Assembly: GCA_951406725.2 (NCBI GenBank)
Contig: OX597832.1
Coordinates: forward strand, 68,882,001-68,946,000
DNA length: 64,000 nucleotides
Source: Octopus vulgaris
Taxonomy: Eukaryota
Reading direction: 5' to 3'
The notes below the pieces were generated by a model that was not told the origin of the DNA, ran no database searches, and was given only the letters and a program-made list of their open reading frames with translations. The translations under genes and the position numbers were made by a program. Below, piece by piece: positions 25,992-40,664 of this stretch; position 1 is the first letter of the stretch, and the number at the start of each line of letters is the position of its first letter.

Positions 25992-27069
25992 CATAATATG
26001 CTTAAGAAGACCCATCAAGCTAAGCAAAATCGTAGTCATGGAGTGGTTGGTGTTAGGAAGGGCATCCAGCCATAGAAAGCAGGCCAGATGTGACTGGAGT
26101 CTGGTGCAACCCCTCAGCTTACCAGCCCTGGTCAAACCATCCAACCCACGTCAGCATGGATAACAGACATTAAAAGATAATGATGATGATATATCTATCT
26201 ATATATAAATATATATCTATGTATGTATGGAAATGTGCCCCCCACCACATGTATATAATAATGTAATAGGATTGGTCAAGTGGTCACGATAATTCACAGT
26301 TGATTAGCCTCTAGCCTAAACATGGGTTGTACAGAAAATATAGACGATTTGATAATTGATCAATAGAGTTTATTAATGAATGCATCAAATACAGTTTGCT
26401 CCATATCAAGACCAGACAGAAAATTCTGAATTGATGACAGGTGCTCTACATCTCCATTTCAAAAGCAACACATGTTGCTAATGTAATAAACAAATCTAAA
26501 AACCATAGCGATAACAGAAGTCTTTGAGTCCTAAATTATTTTAAAAGCACATTGGGTGTATCTTACACAACATTACAAATGTCATGTAACTGTCTAGTAT
26601 ATTTTTTTTTCTTGGGAAAATACTACATTTTAGTTGAAAATAGTCTGCTATAGAGGAAAATGAAAGATAGGCTCACAGAAAAAAAAAAAGATGAGAAGAC
26701 TGGAAGTGGGAGTGGAGATCCATAAAACCCCAGGAGTGGCAACATAGAGGAGTCCAGAGTTTGTGGTATACTAGTTGATAAGATAGGTGAAAAATCTACC
26801 AGGGAACATCAGATTTAGAGAGAAGGAGAAGTGAAGCACCTGGCAAAATTTTCAGTCTCTACAAATAAATATGAAATGACAGGAAGTGATTAACTGGGTT
26901 TTAGGGTTTGTAGCATAGTATGGCATTGAGTAATTTGTGTGTGCATTATCTAATGAATTATTTAGTGAGAAAAATTGAAGTTCCTTAAGATGTTATTATT
27001 AAATACAAAAGAGGAGGGATTAACCAGAAATGTTGAATGGGTACTAGAGCTTGTAGCAGAGGAAGGTGT

Positions 27070-27440
27070 TGCATAATTTATGTTTACATCATAAAATCAA
27101 GATCATCAAATCTATTTCTTTTCTTCTTTCTTTCAAGATCCTTATAGTCTCAACGGTGCATAATGAGCACCTATTATTAGAACCACATTGAGTGGTCGAC
27201 CATTTCTTACTGTAAATTCTTATTCTTATTGTAAATCCTTCTTTAATTCTCAAATTATTTTAAATAAAGATGTGCAAGCAGCCTTTGCTTTGAACTTAAA
27301 GGTCATTTTGTGATTTTGTAATCTAGATTTGAAGTCATTGCTAGTAGCACTTATATAAAAGTATCTAGCCTGATTTATAGTAATTATACATTGCTAAGCA
27401 ATGTTGTTCATAAGGTATTTGTTATCTAATGGACAGGAGT
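27070..27440 (-). pseudogene. Second Penelope-like GIY-YIG endonuclease relic
   Basis: Minus-strand translation SCPLDNKYLMNNIA*QCIITINQARYFYISATSNDFKSRLQNHKMTF...TSLFKII*ELK; after a frameshift, KWS...RCSLCTVE...CKHK. Confidence 0.7.
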
Positions 27441-27834
27441 AGATGAGGATGTATATTTATAGTTACAGAATCTACTAGACAATCTATATGGGGTATAGCT
27501 CAGGCTTCTGCACCTGGGGTCACTATTGCCTTCATAACACATACACAAAACAGAAAAGGGATCATAGAATTACTAGAGTTCTGGTTACTCCTGGTGGTTA
27601 GCCCAGCAGATTAAAATGTTGTATGGAGGTGAGGAGAAAGTAGACTGGATGGTTACAGGACATTTAAAATGTTATATATATGTGTGTGTTTATATATATA
27701 TATATGACAAGCTTCTTTCAGTTTTCATCAAACAAATCTATTTACAAGGTCCTGGCAGGATTGAGGCTATAGTAGAAGACACTTGTCCAAGATGCCATGC
27801 TGTGGGACCGAGCCTGGAACCATGTAGTTGGGAA

Positions 27835-27882
<48 letters not shown>

Positions 27883-28637
27883 GTGTGTGTGTGTAAAAGA
27901 AAACAGGAGCCTCTGTCCAAAAATTACTTAGTTACAGACTCCCCAGTTTGTTTTTTTCTCTCTACACTCTGTGGTCTTTCTAACTATGATGACCAGAGGA
28001 ATCTTGGTTTACAAAGCAAGAATTATTTTTAGATTATTGGTTTTGTATTTGAGAAGTGGAACTGGTAAATGCCATGTAGGAAATCATAAATTTAATGGTG
28101 TTGCAATATTTATTAAATCTTTCTATTCCTTTCGATATCTGGTTATATCGGTCAAGACAAGGTCTTCCAGTAACAAATTCTAGTCACTACGTATTTTGTT
28201 GATGCTTGGAGCTTTGTATATTAATTGGAACACTTAAGAAATAATGTATGGTAATGACATATTATTGATAAACTCTTGTGTTCTAAAGTTTCTGAAGCTT
28301 GCTTTCCCCAGCCATTATGTTCTAAGTCAAATTTATCTTTTTTTTCTTTTATTTTTCAGTTTTTACCCAAATCAAATGCTATATACATTTTAAAATATTT
28401 CTAGGTTCTTTGTCTTTTAAGAACTTTCTTAATCAAATGGCCAAACAAGCATACCAGTTTGGCAGGGTGGGAAAGGAAACGGTTCACTTCAGTTGTTGAA
28501 TGGTAAACATTTTCTAGGTCTCTCAAAAATGAAATGCAAATTTGCCAGACTTTGGCAACATTCAAACTCATAATTTAAGAAATACAGCATGACATTTTAA
28601 AATAATAATAATAATAATAATAATAATAGTAATAATA

Positions 28638-29320
28638 ATCCTTTCTACTAGAGTCACAAGGCCGAAGGTTTTGGGAGAGGGGACTATTTGATTGCATTGA
28701 CCCCAGTGTTTCACTGGTACTTATTTTACTGACCCCAAAAGGATGGAAGGCGAAGTCAACCTTGGCAGAATTTGAACTCAGAATGTAAAGACAGCTGAAA
28801 TGTTGCTTAGCATTTTAACTGGCAGCTAATGATTCTACCTGCTTACTACCTTAATGACATTGTAACAATAAAAATAATAATAATAATAACGATGATAATA
28901 ATGTTTCCAATTTCAGCACAAGGTTTGCAATGCAAGGGCAGTGGGTTAGCTAATGACATCCCACTACTTGAATGGTGTTAAACTTTTAAAAGAATGAATA
29001 GTAAAAGTTGACTTTAAAAGGATTTGAACTTAGAATGCAAAGAGAATGAAAGAAATGCTACAAAGCATTTTGCCTGACATTTCATATCCTTAATAATAAT
29101 AATTAATAATAATAATAAATAATAATCCTTTCTACTAATGGCACAAAGCCTGAAATTTGAGAGGAGGGGGCTAGTCGACCGCACTGACCCCAGTATTTCA
29201 CTGGTACTTAGTTTATCAACCCTGAATAGATGAAAGGTAGAGTCGACCTTGGCAGAACGTAAAGATGGATGAAATGCCATTAAGCATTTTGCCCAGCATG
29301 CTAACAATTCTGCCAGCTTA
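28638..29320 (-). mobile_element. Cluster of three SINE family B copies separated by (AAT)n
   Basis: Homologous to the 11438 copy at 28638-28852, about 28900-29090 and 29125-29320. Confidence 0.75.
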
Positions 29321-30234
29321 CCAAATCCATCAACTCTACAAACATGAAAGTCCAAATTGATCTCACCAGGATTTTAACTCAGAATGTAAAATGCCTGGTA
29401 AATTACAGCAAAGCATTTTGTCTACCATTCTAAGGATTCTCCTAATCCACAGTCCTAATATTTCTATTTCCAGGTGAGACATTTCAAAGGGAGGAGTTAA
29501 GTGATTGCATAGGTCAAACACATGACAAGCACTTTGTTTTATCCATCCACCTCTTCCATCCACTACTCCTGGGGAGTGGTGTTATAGGAGTAAACTCCTC
29601 AGGCCCCTCCTCCTCCTCTGTAGAGTCCTACCAGAAGCAGCTTTCATTACATTGTCCAGATGTATTCCTAGATGTGATCAACTATGACCATTATCCAACC
29701 ATTCAAATCTTGACCTGCTCTGAAATTATGAAAGGCATGATGAACTTCGGTGGGATCTGAACTTAAAAGCTAAAGGTCCAAAGAAAAACTCAAGTGTATT
29801 TTGTCTGACACCAATTATTCTACCACTTCATGGCATTGTGCTGCTATTTCTAGCACATCAAATGGATTAAAATAGCATGTAAGATTACTTAAAGCAAAAA
29901 ACAAACAAAAATACCAGACTGCATCAAAAAAAAAGAAATTAACAATGAATACAGAAACTTATTAAAGTCCGATAATAAGATTCCAGAATGTTCCAAAGTT
30001 CACATTCTTCATTTATACGTTGAGAATCCTCTAAAGATTTTGCCGAAACTCAGCACAAAAATCTCATTCAAGATATTTTATTATCTATTATGACATTAGG
30101 TCATAATTACATGCACCCAGCCCCAACAGCAGTAGCAGCTGCAGCACCTTCATCACAAACATGACCACCACAACTATGACCAGCCAACAATAACATTTTC
30201 CTATAGGGAGGTATGGTGAATATACAAATGCATG

Positions 30235-30309
<75 letters not shown>

Positions 30310-30412
30310 GTGTGTGTGTGTGTGTATACATATGTATATGCATACACATATTTGGGGACAGCAGAAACTCACATATTCTCTGTTGAGGTATGAAATACAT
30401 ATACATACATAC

Positions 30413-30455
<43 letters not shown>

Positions 30456-30476
30456 GTCTGTCTGTCTGTCTGTCTG

Positions 30477-30522
<46 letters not shown>

Positions 30523-30686
30523 CACACATACATTTATATATATATATATATGTATGTATATATATGTATATGTTTATATATATATGTATGTATATATATG
30601 TATATATGTATGTAGTAGTGGGTGGAAGAGGTGAATGGATAAAACGAACGGCGGTGCATCAGCATGGCTGCAGCTCTGAGCTGAAA

Positions 30687-30733
<47 letters not shown>

Positions 30734-30767
30734 GAGAGAGAGAGAGAGAGAAACATATACATGTGTT

Positions 30768-30831
<64 letters not shown>

Positions 30832-30870
30832 GTGAGTGAGAAACATATACATGTGTTTATATATATATAT
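30235..30870. repeat. Compound microsatellite block (CT, TA, CA, ATCT, GTCT, GA) with a local duplication of gagaaacatatacatgtgtt
   Basis: Directly visible. Confidence 0.85.
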
Positions 30871-31422
30871 AATCCATTCCTATTACGATGTTAGTCTCTT
30901 CAGAGGTTTGAAATCGAAAAAAAACAAAAAAAACAGAACCAACAACAACAATAATAATAATAGTAAAAAAAATTAAATATATATAAATATTGCAATGTTG
31001 TACTCCATAAGAGATGAATCTACTCATACTATTTATGTAACCAAACAAAAAAAAACGAAAGAAAAAATATACACATGTATGTGTGTGTGTGTGTGTATTC
31101 CTGTGCTGCTTTGGGCAGGCAAAGGTAATTTCTCGGTTAATAATCAGACTCACAAAAAAAGGCAATAAAAAGGAAAAAAAAATGTCTTTTTTAGTTTTTC
31201 GGATTCAGACATGACCCAACAAATTGTGTTGTGAGTTGATTTGTAAATAGGAAGAATTTGTAAATTCTAGAATTGTAATTAGACACTACAAGACAAGTGA
31301 AAAGTTGGTTGCAGATTTCTCATTTGTAACTCTCTGCAAAAGACATTTCCCAATTTGTTTTGTAAGTTCTGTATGTGTGTGTAGATCAATTGAGAGATAG
31401 ATAGATGGACAGAAAGACAGGC

Positions 31423-31464
<42 letters not shown>

Positions 31465-33619
31465 GTGGACAAACAGACAGACAGACATAGATAGATAGAC
31501 AGATAGAGAGACAGACAGACAGACAGATAGATAGATGTATATACATATAATGTGAACTAATATATGTCCAAGGGTATATATATAAAGTTGATCAAAGTGA
31601 TACAGCTATATAAATACTGAATGTCCCCTAAACAAGGGTGGAACTCAACTGCTAAATCAATCTCATCAACAGAAGATAACAATTATCTGTCTACATAGAA
31701 AAGTCCTTTCAATCCTGCCCTTTTAATATCCTGTCTGATTGTTAGTAGTGAGGGGATAAATCTGCCGTTTTATAAGCAGGATAAACAGAGAAGAAAGGGA
31801 AGTGTGTTCGACTTTTCAGTCTTTAATTTTTCAGGTTCTCTTGGAATGTTGGCAGCATGGAGGAATCTGTCTTGAAACAAAAATGCAGCTGACCTGACAG
31901 CTTACAGTAGAGTAAACTCTGCTAAACTCTCCCAAGGAATACAGAGTGGTGTTAAAATTCAGCAGTGTTTAAGGTCGACTTCACAATATTAAAATACCAG
32001 GACAAGTCCCTAAACCCATTTAATGCTCTAATAATTCTGCCATACCCCTATTTTAGACAGGTACTTATATTATCAACCTTGAAAATTTCAAGACTAAACT
32101 CCCCTCAGCTGGTTTTGAACTCAGCATGCAGAAGGGGGCAAATACCACCAAGCACATTCTTCATGCTCTAACGACTTGCCCAAATTGTCACCCATTTATT
32201 AATTACATTTATTGATTAGTTATTACAACTTATTAACAACCAGCATGGAAAATACTAAATGTACGTAACATTACTCTTTCACTCTTTTACTTGTTTCAGT
32301 CATTTGACTGCGGTCATGCTGGAGCACCGCCTTTAGTCGAGCAAATCGACCCCGGGACTTATTCTTTGTAAGCCTAGTACTTATTCTATCGGTCTCTTTT
32401 GCCAAACCGCTAAGTGATGGATGAAACATTTTATAAATAAAATGTTCTTATTAAGAAGGCATTGTTATGTGATTAGGAAGTTTTCTTCAGTCCTACAGCA
32501 AAATATCTTCGACTATGGTCCTGAGTAGACCAATGCCAGGTGACTGAACTTAGTACTGAAAGAAGTCTTATGTGCAAGCGTGTGTGTGTGTGTTCCGTCT
32601 CCTGTGCAGCTGTCGTAAATAAGCTTCCCCACCATACAAGCTGTGTTGCTTGTTTTGAATCTTCCATAAAGACAAGTGTTAAGCCATGGGGAAATATTAC
32701 TATTCTTGGAAGCAAGTGGCTGCTGGCGACAAGAAATGTATCCAGGTGAAGAAAAATTGTCTCTGCAAATTCCGCTTTATACATGCAAGCATAGAAAAGC
32801 GAATGTGATGATGATGATGATGATGACAATGATGATGGTGGTGGTGGTGGTGGTAATGATATTGATGAAATAGTGTGGTCTCAACAGGTTCTAAGTCCTA
32901 GGCTTTAATGCATAAATCCCTAATCATTTGAGATTCACACACACATACACACACACATATACATGGTATATAATCGAGACATCAAAATCATAATGAAGAT
33001 TGGAGAATTATACATCTTCAAACTTAATCATTTTCTTCATATTACACTCCAAACCATGTTTCTGCCAGGTGAATGCCTTTGTGAATTCCTTTCACCCACC
33101 TGTATGAGATACACCTTGAATAAAGCTGAATAGGATTGTCTACCTTTAGATTAGAACACGTACAGCAATTGATTTAATTTAAGTCAACTAAATGCACAAA
33201 ACAATCCTATCAAAGGGCTCCAAGACACTTAACCATGAGAAACACATGTTGAAATGTAATATAAAGAAAATGCTTTAATAAAAACGTTATGGAGATGTAT
33301 GACTCCCCATTCTTTACTCTGATATCTTGATTTTATTGTCTGTATTCTACAAGAAATCCATTGCAGCAAACTCTGGATTTTCCAATTGAAAGGAGTCTAA
33401 TTTATCTCAGATGATTCTAAATGCTTCCTATCTTTTAAGATGGTTAGCAAAGTCTGAATGTCATCCTGCTGCTAATATCTTGCTCAGATCTCTATCTGTA
33501 TTCCTTTACATTTTATGTATATTCCGTCTGGCCCCATGCCATCAAACATGACGGCTATTTATAGTATTTCATATATAAATAAGGTACAAAGCCAAGTTTT
33601 TCGTTTAATAAATCTTTTA

Positions 33620-33790
33620 TTGCCAATTTTTTTTGTGAAAAATCTATCTGCAACTAACATCCCTTGACTGCTTGATTCCTTCAAAAGAATTTTTAAGTTT
33701 CCTTTCCTTCATGCACGACTTAAGGCCACATAAAGCTGACCATGACCAAATATGGGAGCTGGCAAGTAAATACCAACTTTTTCAAAATGA
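33620..33790 (-). pseudogene. Helitron PIF1-like helicase C-terminal fragment
   Basis: The minus strand reads FEKVGIYLPAPIFGHGQLYVALSRA*RKGNLKIL, which contains the HGQLYVALSR motif of Helitron RepHel helicases. Confidence 0.75.
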
Positions 33791-34643
33791 TATTTCCTTT
33801 CAAATGTTCTCCCCATTATTGAAACCAACCTAAACTCATACAACTTAAAGCCACAAAAAATAGTCCGTGACTTATAGTTGATGTAAAAATTCCCTATTCA
33901 AAATATATTATATAAATTTTAATATAAATAAATTAGTCACATGTATGAACGGTTAAATGTTTTCAGTATAAATAATATACTTTTCAGCTGCAGTCGTTTT
34001 ATATTCTTGATACAATCAGGCAATAATTATTTTCTCTAATGAGTTTGCATATGTATATGTTTGTGTAGATGTGTGTGATTGTAATAATTATTTTTAACAA
34101 AACAGATAGAATATAGATGATAATTCAAATTAAAACACTTGTCAATGTTATCTAGTTTCCTTGTATACACACACACATATATTCACACAGAGTTGAAACA
34201 CTTTTGAAATGCGTCCCTTCATTTGGGATCACCAGCACTTTATTATCTCCCTTCCTTTCAACCTCTTCTTTCAAACCTTTTTTTCTAATCATATGCCATG
34301 CTTGACCACTAGATCTACAAGTTTTGTTTTCATTTTCTCTCTGTTTATTTTCTCTTATTTCTTTCTGTTGAAGTACATAACCTCGAAATGTAAGAGACTT
34401 TTCATTTACCTGAGCATCAAATTAATACACCTGTTTGTTATTCATGCATCTGTCTTCATCTTTTGCTTTTCTATAAATTTCAACTATATATATATTTATA
34501 TGTGTGTGTGTGTATGTGTATGTATACATACATACATATATATATACAAACACATATATAAGTGTGTATGAGTGAGTGTGTGTGTATATACATATATATA
34601 TATGTATATGTATATATATGTGTGTGCATATATATATATATAT

Positions 34644-34699
<56 letters not shown>

Positions 34700-34730
34700 G
34701 TGTGTGTGTATGTGTATATATATATATATC

Positions 34731-35114
34731 TTTACACTTTTACTTGTTTCAGTCATTTGACTGCGGCCATGCTGGAGCACCGCTTTTAATCGAGCAACTG
34801 GACCCCGGGACTTATTCTTTTGTAAGCCCAGTACTTATTCTATCGGTCTCTTTTGCCGAACTGCTAAGTAACGGGAACTTAAACACACCAGCATCAGTTG
34901 TCAAGCAATGCTAGGGGGACAAACACAGACACAAAAACACACACACGCATACATATATACGACGGGCTTCTTTTAGTTTCCGTCTACCAAATCCACTCAC
35001 AAGGCTTTGGATGCCCGAGGCTATAGTAGAAAACACTTGCCCAAGGTGCCACGCAGTGGGATTGAACCCAGAACCATGTGGTTGGTAAACAAGCTACTTA
35101 CCACACAGCCACTC
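34731..35114 (-). mobile_element. SINE family A, near full length
   Basis: Reverse complement of 8140-8529. Confidence 0.85.
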
Positions 35115-35124
35115 ATATATTTAT

Positions 35125-38100
35125 GTCAGGTCACTTTCGAGTGCTACTGGTAACATGTAACCCAGTACAACCTGTTGCATGGTCGGGTCATCGGTGACTA
35201 AAGCAGCAATCCCACCATGCTTGCTTGGTGAGGAGGGTGTTTATTGGACACCCTACGGGATAAAAAACAAAACCCGTCAAAGGGTGGAGGACCTCTTGAG
35301 AGTCAACGGCCATCCAATAAATGTTAGCATGGATACGCAGAAATTCCGGGATGGTGTCCGGCATGCTGAAAGACCACTGGGAGTGAGGCGCCCCTCAGCT
35401 TTTGTTAAAGCATGTCTCTAGGAGAAGGTCACTCTGATATAAAACCAGATATGCATGGAATGGCATTGGACATTTTGGGGATCTTTGGTTTGTGCTAGAG
35501 ATCACGGCACTCCCATATCCCTGAGCCTGCAACTCATATTGGTACTAGACATCTTGCTCCGGCTTGTGTCTGGATAATGTCAATAAAGTGGAAAGGGTCT
35601 ATAAGGTGTTGTGCAAGCCTTATTGGACATAAAACTCTGCACAGGCATTGCCGACCTCTGCTCGATATGTGCATATTTTTTTCCTCTCTATATATTTATC
35701 TTATTTTTAGTATATATTTTCTTCATTTTTAGTATATATTTTTATTTATTTTTTTTTTATTCGGAAGTCCTGCAGTGATGGGAAGGTGGTGAAGTATGCA
35801 GACCTGATGGGTTGGAAGCATGTAGTCAGCGACCTGCACGTAGGCAGACAATGCCAGATATAAAGTCGTCGCCTTGTCGCCCAAGACAGCGGTACGATTC
35901 AGTTGCTGCATGGGTGTCTGAGCAGCTCCATTTGGAGAGGGCACTGCTCACCCAGGTACCAGGAAGGTTCTAGAAAAGGTGAACCAAAATTGCCTGTCTT
36001 TCCATATCTGGTCAGTTTAGCGCGACTGACGGATGTCCACCCTGCGCTTGAAAAACAAAGAGTCTTTTATCTCTAAAATCTGAACAGAACTTAAACATTT
36101 CATGTTGGAATGTGTGCACTCTGTTGGACAACAAGAGTGATTGCAGGACTGAAAGACGCACTGCACTTGTTGCTCGTGAGCTGAACCGTTATAAAATTGA
36201 TATAGCTGCACTCTCAGAGACTCGTATAGAAGGTGATGGTCAGCTTGAGGAAGTAGGAGGCGGATACACCTTTTTTTGGAAAAGAAGGAAGAAGGAGGAG
36301 CGCAGAGAGGCTGGTGTTGGTTTTGCAGTCCGATCTGATATCCTGAAGAAGTTGGAAGAGCTCCCTGTTCCTATAAATGAACGTATAATGACCCTACGGT
36401 TGCACTTGAAAGGTAAGTGGTTTGCTACTCTAATAAGTGCCTATGCACCTACTTTGACTAGCTGTGATGAAGATAAAATAATCTTTTATACCCAGCTGAG
36501 AGCCATACTTAGAAAAATCCCCAATTCTGATAAAGTCATTCTACTGGGGGAATTTAATGCCAGAGTAGGAACAGACTGGCAAACATGGAACTCTCTAGGA
36601 CGTTTTGGAGTAGGGAAAATGAATAACAATGATCTCATACTACTGGAGCTTTGCGAAGAACATGGACTTTACATTGCAAGCACTCATTTTGTGCACAAAG
36701 GTGATAACACAACAACATGGATGCATCCAGTGTCCAAAGTTTGGCACTTGCTGGATTACGTCATCATCCGCAAGCGCGACATTTATGACATTTGTAATGT
36801 CAAGTCCTTGCCTGAATCAGAATGCTGGACAGACCACAGTCTGGTGCGAGCAAAGTTCCGAATGGTGATTAGGGCGAAAGAGAGAAGAGGACCAGTCAGC
36901 ATTCCTCGCCGTCTAAATATCCACAAGGTATATGATGTTGTGGTTAGGAAAGAGCTTCAGACTCGCTTGTCCAGCATTGAAACTGCTGCAGCATGGGAAG
37001 ATTTTCGAGACCAGGTTGTTCAATGTGCATCTGAAACACTGGGGTATGTTACTGCCAGACACAGAGACTGGTTTGATGAAAATGATGCTGAAATTCAGCG
37101 ACTATTAGTGGTAAAATGCCATGCCCACAGTGTGTTGCTGCACAGAGAACTGTCTACTGTGCAGCGAAGTCTAGCACTTGCCCACTATAACTGTAAAATC
37201 ACTACTGCAGCGATCTCTCAGGAAGATGCAGAACACTTGGTTGGAGGATCTTGCTCGTGATGTTCAGGCTGCTGCTGATGCAAATGACAGCAAGAAGCTT
37301 TACCATCTTATGAAGCGAGCTTATGGCCCTAAGAGCTCCACATTAGCTCCTTTGCTTTCCAAGGAGTCTTCCACTCTGTTTACTAAATCAACAGAAATCA
37401 CAGGTCGTTGGATAGAACACTTCTCTGAACTCCTAAACCATGAGTCAGTTGTGGATAAAACAGTGATTGATACTATGAAACAAAGACCTATCATTGGCTC
37501 TTTAGACTCCTCGCCCTCAATAGATGAAGTAATGACATCAATAAGTAAATTGAATCTTGGTAGGGCACCTGGAAAGGATTTAATTTGTGCTGAGGTCTTG
37601 CGATTTGGTGGTAATTACATCACACAGTCCCTTCATGAACTTATTAGTGCAGTCTGGAGGGATGGTGCAATCCCTAAAGACTGGAAGGATACAATTATTC
37701 TTCCTCTATATAAAGGAAAAGGAGCCAGAACAATGTGTGGTAACTACAGAGGTATTGCTCTACTATCAGCTGCTGGCAAGGTTCTGGCAAATATTATTCT
37801 TACCCGTCTGAATGGGTGTCTTATAAATGATGTCCTATCTGAATCTCAATGTGGCTTCTGGTCTGGTAGAGGGACAATGGATATGATTTTCACAGCAAGA
37901 CAGATGAAGGAGAAGTGCTAGGAGCAGAATATGGATCTTGTCCAGGTATTCATTGATTTAACAAAGGCTTTTCATACAGTAAATACGGCCTTTCTATGGA
38001 AAATACTTGGCAAACTTGGATGTCCAGATCACTTTGTATCTATAATTAAATCATTTCATGATGGGATGGAGGCTTGGGTCAATGTTGGTGGTACCATGGC

Positions 38101-39315
38101 GGGACCCATTCCTGTAGAGAATGGTGTCAAGCAGGGTGACGTCCTTGCCCCAAATCTCTTTTCTTTGTACTTTGCTTCTACTTTTACTCATGCTTTTGCT
38201 AAGGTTAGCTCTCTGGGAATATATGTTAGATATCGATCTTCTGGCCACCTCTTTAATCTTCGTTGATTTGCTGCCAATTCAAAGGTTTCCCAATCTATTA
38301 TTCGTGGCCTCCTCCATGCAGATGACTGTGACTTAGTCACTCATACAGTGGATGACATGAATTGCATTTCTGCTTCTTGCAGGACATTTGCACTCAGCAT
38401 TAGCCTGGACAAGACTGTTGTAATATTCCAGCCTGCACCAGGAAATCCATATATAGAACCAGCTATCTTGGTTGAAGGAACAATTCTGAAGGTAGTAGAC
38501 AAGATTGTCTACCTGGGCAGCACACTCAGCCGTTCTTGCTCCCTGGGTGAGGAAATATCTTTTAGGTTGCAGAGAGCAACTAATTCCTTCTGGTCTCTTC
38601 AGTCTCGTGTCTGGTCCCAACATGGCATCGCAAGGAGAACAAAAGTTGCTGTGTACCGTGCATGTGTACTGATATCGCTCCTCTACTCATGTGAGACCTG
38701 GACTCTTTACAAACGTCAGGTAAGGGTCCTTGAACACTTTTATCAGAGATGTCTCAGACACATTCTCAATGTTGGCTGGACTTCAAAAATTCCAGACACA
38801 CAGGTGCTGAGGACAGCTGATATCTTGAGTATTGAGACGATGGTGCACAAGCACCGGTTGCGTTGGACTGGACACCTTATTAGAATGAAGGATAGAAGGA
38901 TTCCTAAGCAGATGCTCTATGGAGAACTTGTGAATGGAAGGAGACTCCGGCAGAAACCAAGGCTGCAATTTAAGGACTGTGTCAAGCCCTCGTTAAAGGC
39001 CTGTGATATGCAGGACAATGACTGAGAGAACAATGCTTGTCATCGCCACAGATGGAGGAAGCAGGTTAAGGAGGGGATCGACACTTTTGAGAGAACACGT
39101 ATACAGCATGAAGAACTTAAGTGAGCTGCGCGAAAGTGCACGGCTCATATAGTGAATGGGGAAAGCTTGGTCTGCAATGTTTGTAGTTGTGTATGCTTGC
39201 CAGGAGCAGGGCTCATTAGCCACCAACGGAGCCGTAAGTGCTAAATATAAGTTAGTCCTAGAGCGCACAATGTTCCTGAAGGTTGGCAATGATCTTCCTC
39301 GGTCACAAGTGGGCG

Positions 39316-39323
<8 letters not shown>
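35125..39323 (+). mobile_element. Full-length BovB/RTE-1-like LINE with long 5' UTR, disrupted
   Basis: APE ORF 36112..37260 (RRTALVARELNRYKIDIAALSETR, SAYAPT, WTDH). RT pieces at 37178..37921 and 37931..38266 (GVKQGDVLAP), LHADD near 38315, and C-terminus at 38348..39025 (RLRWTGH, RIPKQMLYGEL). Several stops and frameshifts; it ends in (TA)n. Confidence 0.93.
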
Positions 39324-39388
<65 letters not shown>

Positions 39389-39415
39389 TTATTTTATATA
39401 TATATATATATGTAA

Positions 39416-39468
<53 letters not shown>

Positions 39469-39489
39469 TACATGTGTGTGTATATATAT

Positions 39490-39523
<34 letters not shown>

Positions 39524-39713
39524 TAATCAATATTAGGGTAGCAAAAAATTCATTGATTAATTGATAATTTTCTGATTAATTCCGAAATTGAATCGGCAGT
39601 TTATATTTGCTGCCGATAAGTTGGCGCAAGTACGATGATTTTGAAAATTTTAGGTCAGATATTACCGAGGCATGAAGGTAGCTGCCTCGTGTAATTTCTG
39701 TCCCTTCTGGTCC

Positions 39714-39824
39714 CTTTACTGATGAGCGCGTTGGCCTTTTGGAAGATTGACTTGATTAAGTTTAATTTAAATTAATCAGGCTGGTTTACCATTAAAAAAC
39801 GCCGAAACAATGCATTGTCTAAAG
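39714..39824 (+). ncRNA. Type I hammerhead ribozyme with canonical core, in a ~430-bp TA-flanked island (about 39520-39955)
   Basis: CTTTA-CTGATGA-G(C)GCGTT...AACGCC-GAAAC-AATGCATT-GTC^-TAAAG: stem I CTTTA/TAAAG, palindromic stem III, predicted cleavage after C39819. Confidence 0.8.
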
Positions 39825-40023
39825 AAGAACAGGGTAAATGTTTTTTTAAATTTTTCTCTGATTTCGGAATTACTACTATTTGCGGCTGGAGCCCTGGCTG
39901 CTATTTCTAGTGGGTCGAACGGCCTATTATAGCCGTTCCTCAATTGTTGTTGTTATATGTATATATATATATGTATGTATATATGTATATATATATATAG
40001 GCATATATATATATATATATGTA

Positions 40024-40094
<71 letters not shown>

Positions 40095-40152
40095 GTATAT
40101 ACATATATATATATTCTGTATGCATGAGTGTATGTATATAATATAAACATTT

Positions 40153-40385
40153 TCTTTTACTTTTCTTTTACTTCTTTCAGCTACTTGACTGTGGCCTTGC
40201 TGGAGCACCACCCTGAAAGACCTTAGTCAAACAAATCAATCACAGGAATTCTATTTTTTAAAGCCTAGTACCTATTCTATTGGTCTCTTTTGCTGAACTT
40301 CTAGGTTATGGGGATGTAAACACACCAACATCGGTTATCAAGCAATGATGGGGGACAAAGGGAACAAACACACACATAAATATAT

Positions 40386-40433
<48 letters not shown>

Positions 40434-40590
40434 GGCTTCTTTCAGTATCCATCTACCAAATCCACTCACAAGGCTTTGGTTGGCCTGAGGCTATAGTAAA
40501 AGACACTAGCCCAAGGTGCCACACAGTCGGACTGAAAATAGAACCGTGTGCTTTGGAAGCAAGCTTCTTGCCACACAGCCAAACCTGCAC
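40153..40590 (-). mobile_element. SINE family A, full length
   Basis: Reverse complement of 8140-8529. Confidence 0.8.
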
Positions 40591-40619
40591 CGAAATGATG
40601 ATGATGATGTGCATGTACA

Positions 40620-40664
<45 letters not shown>

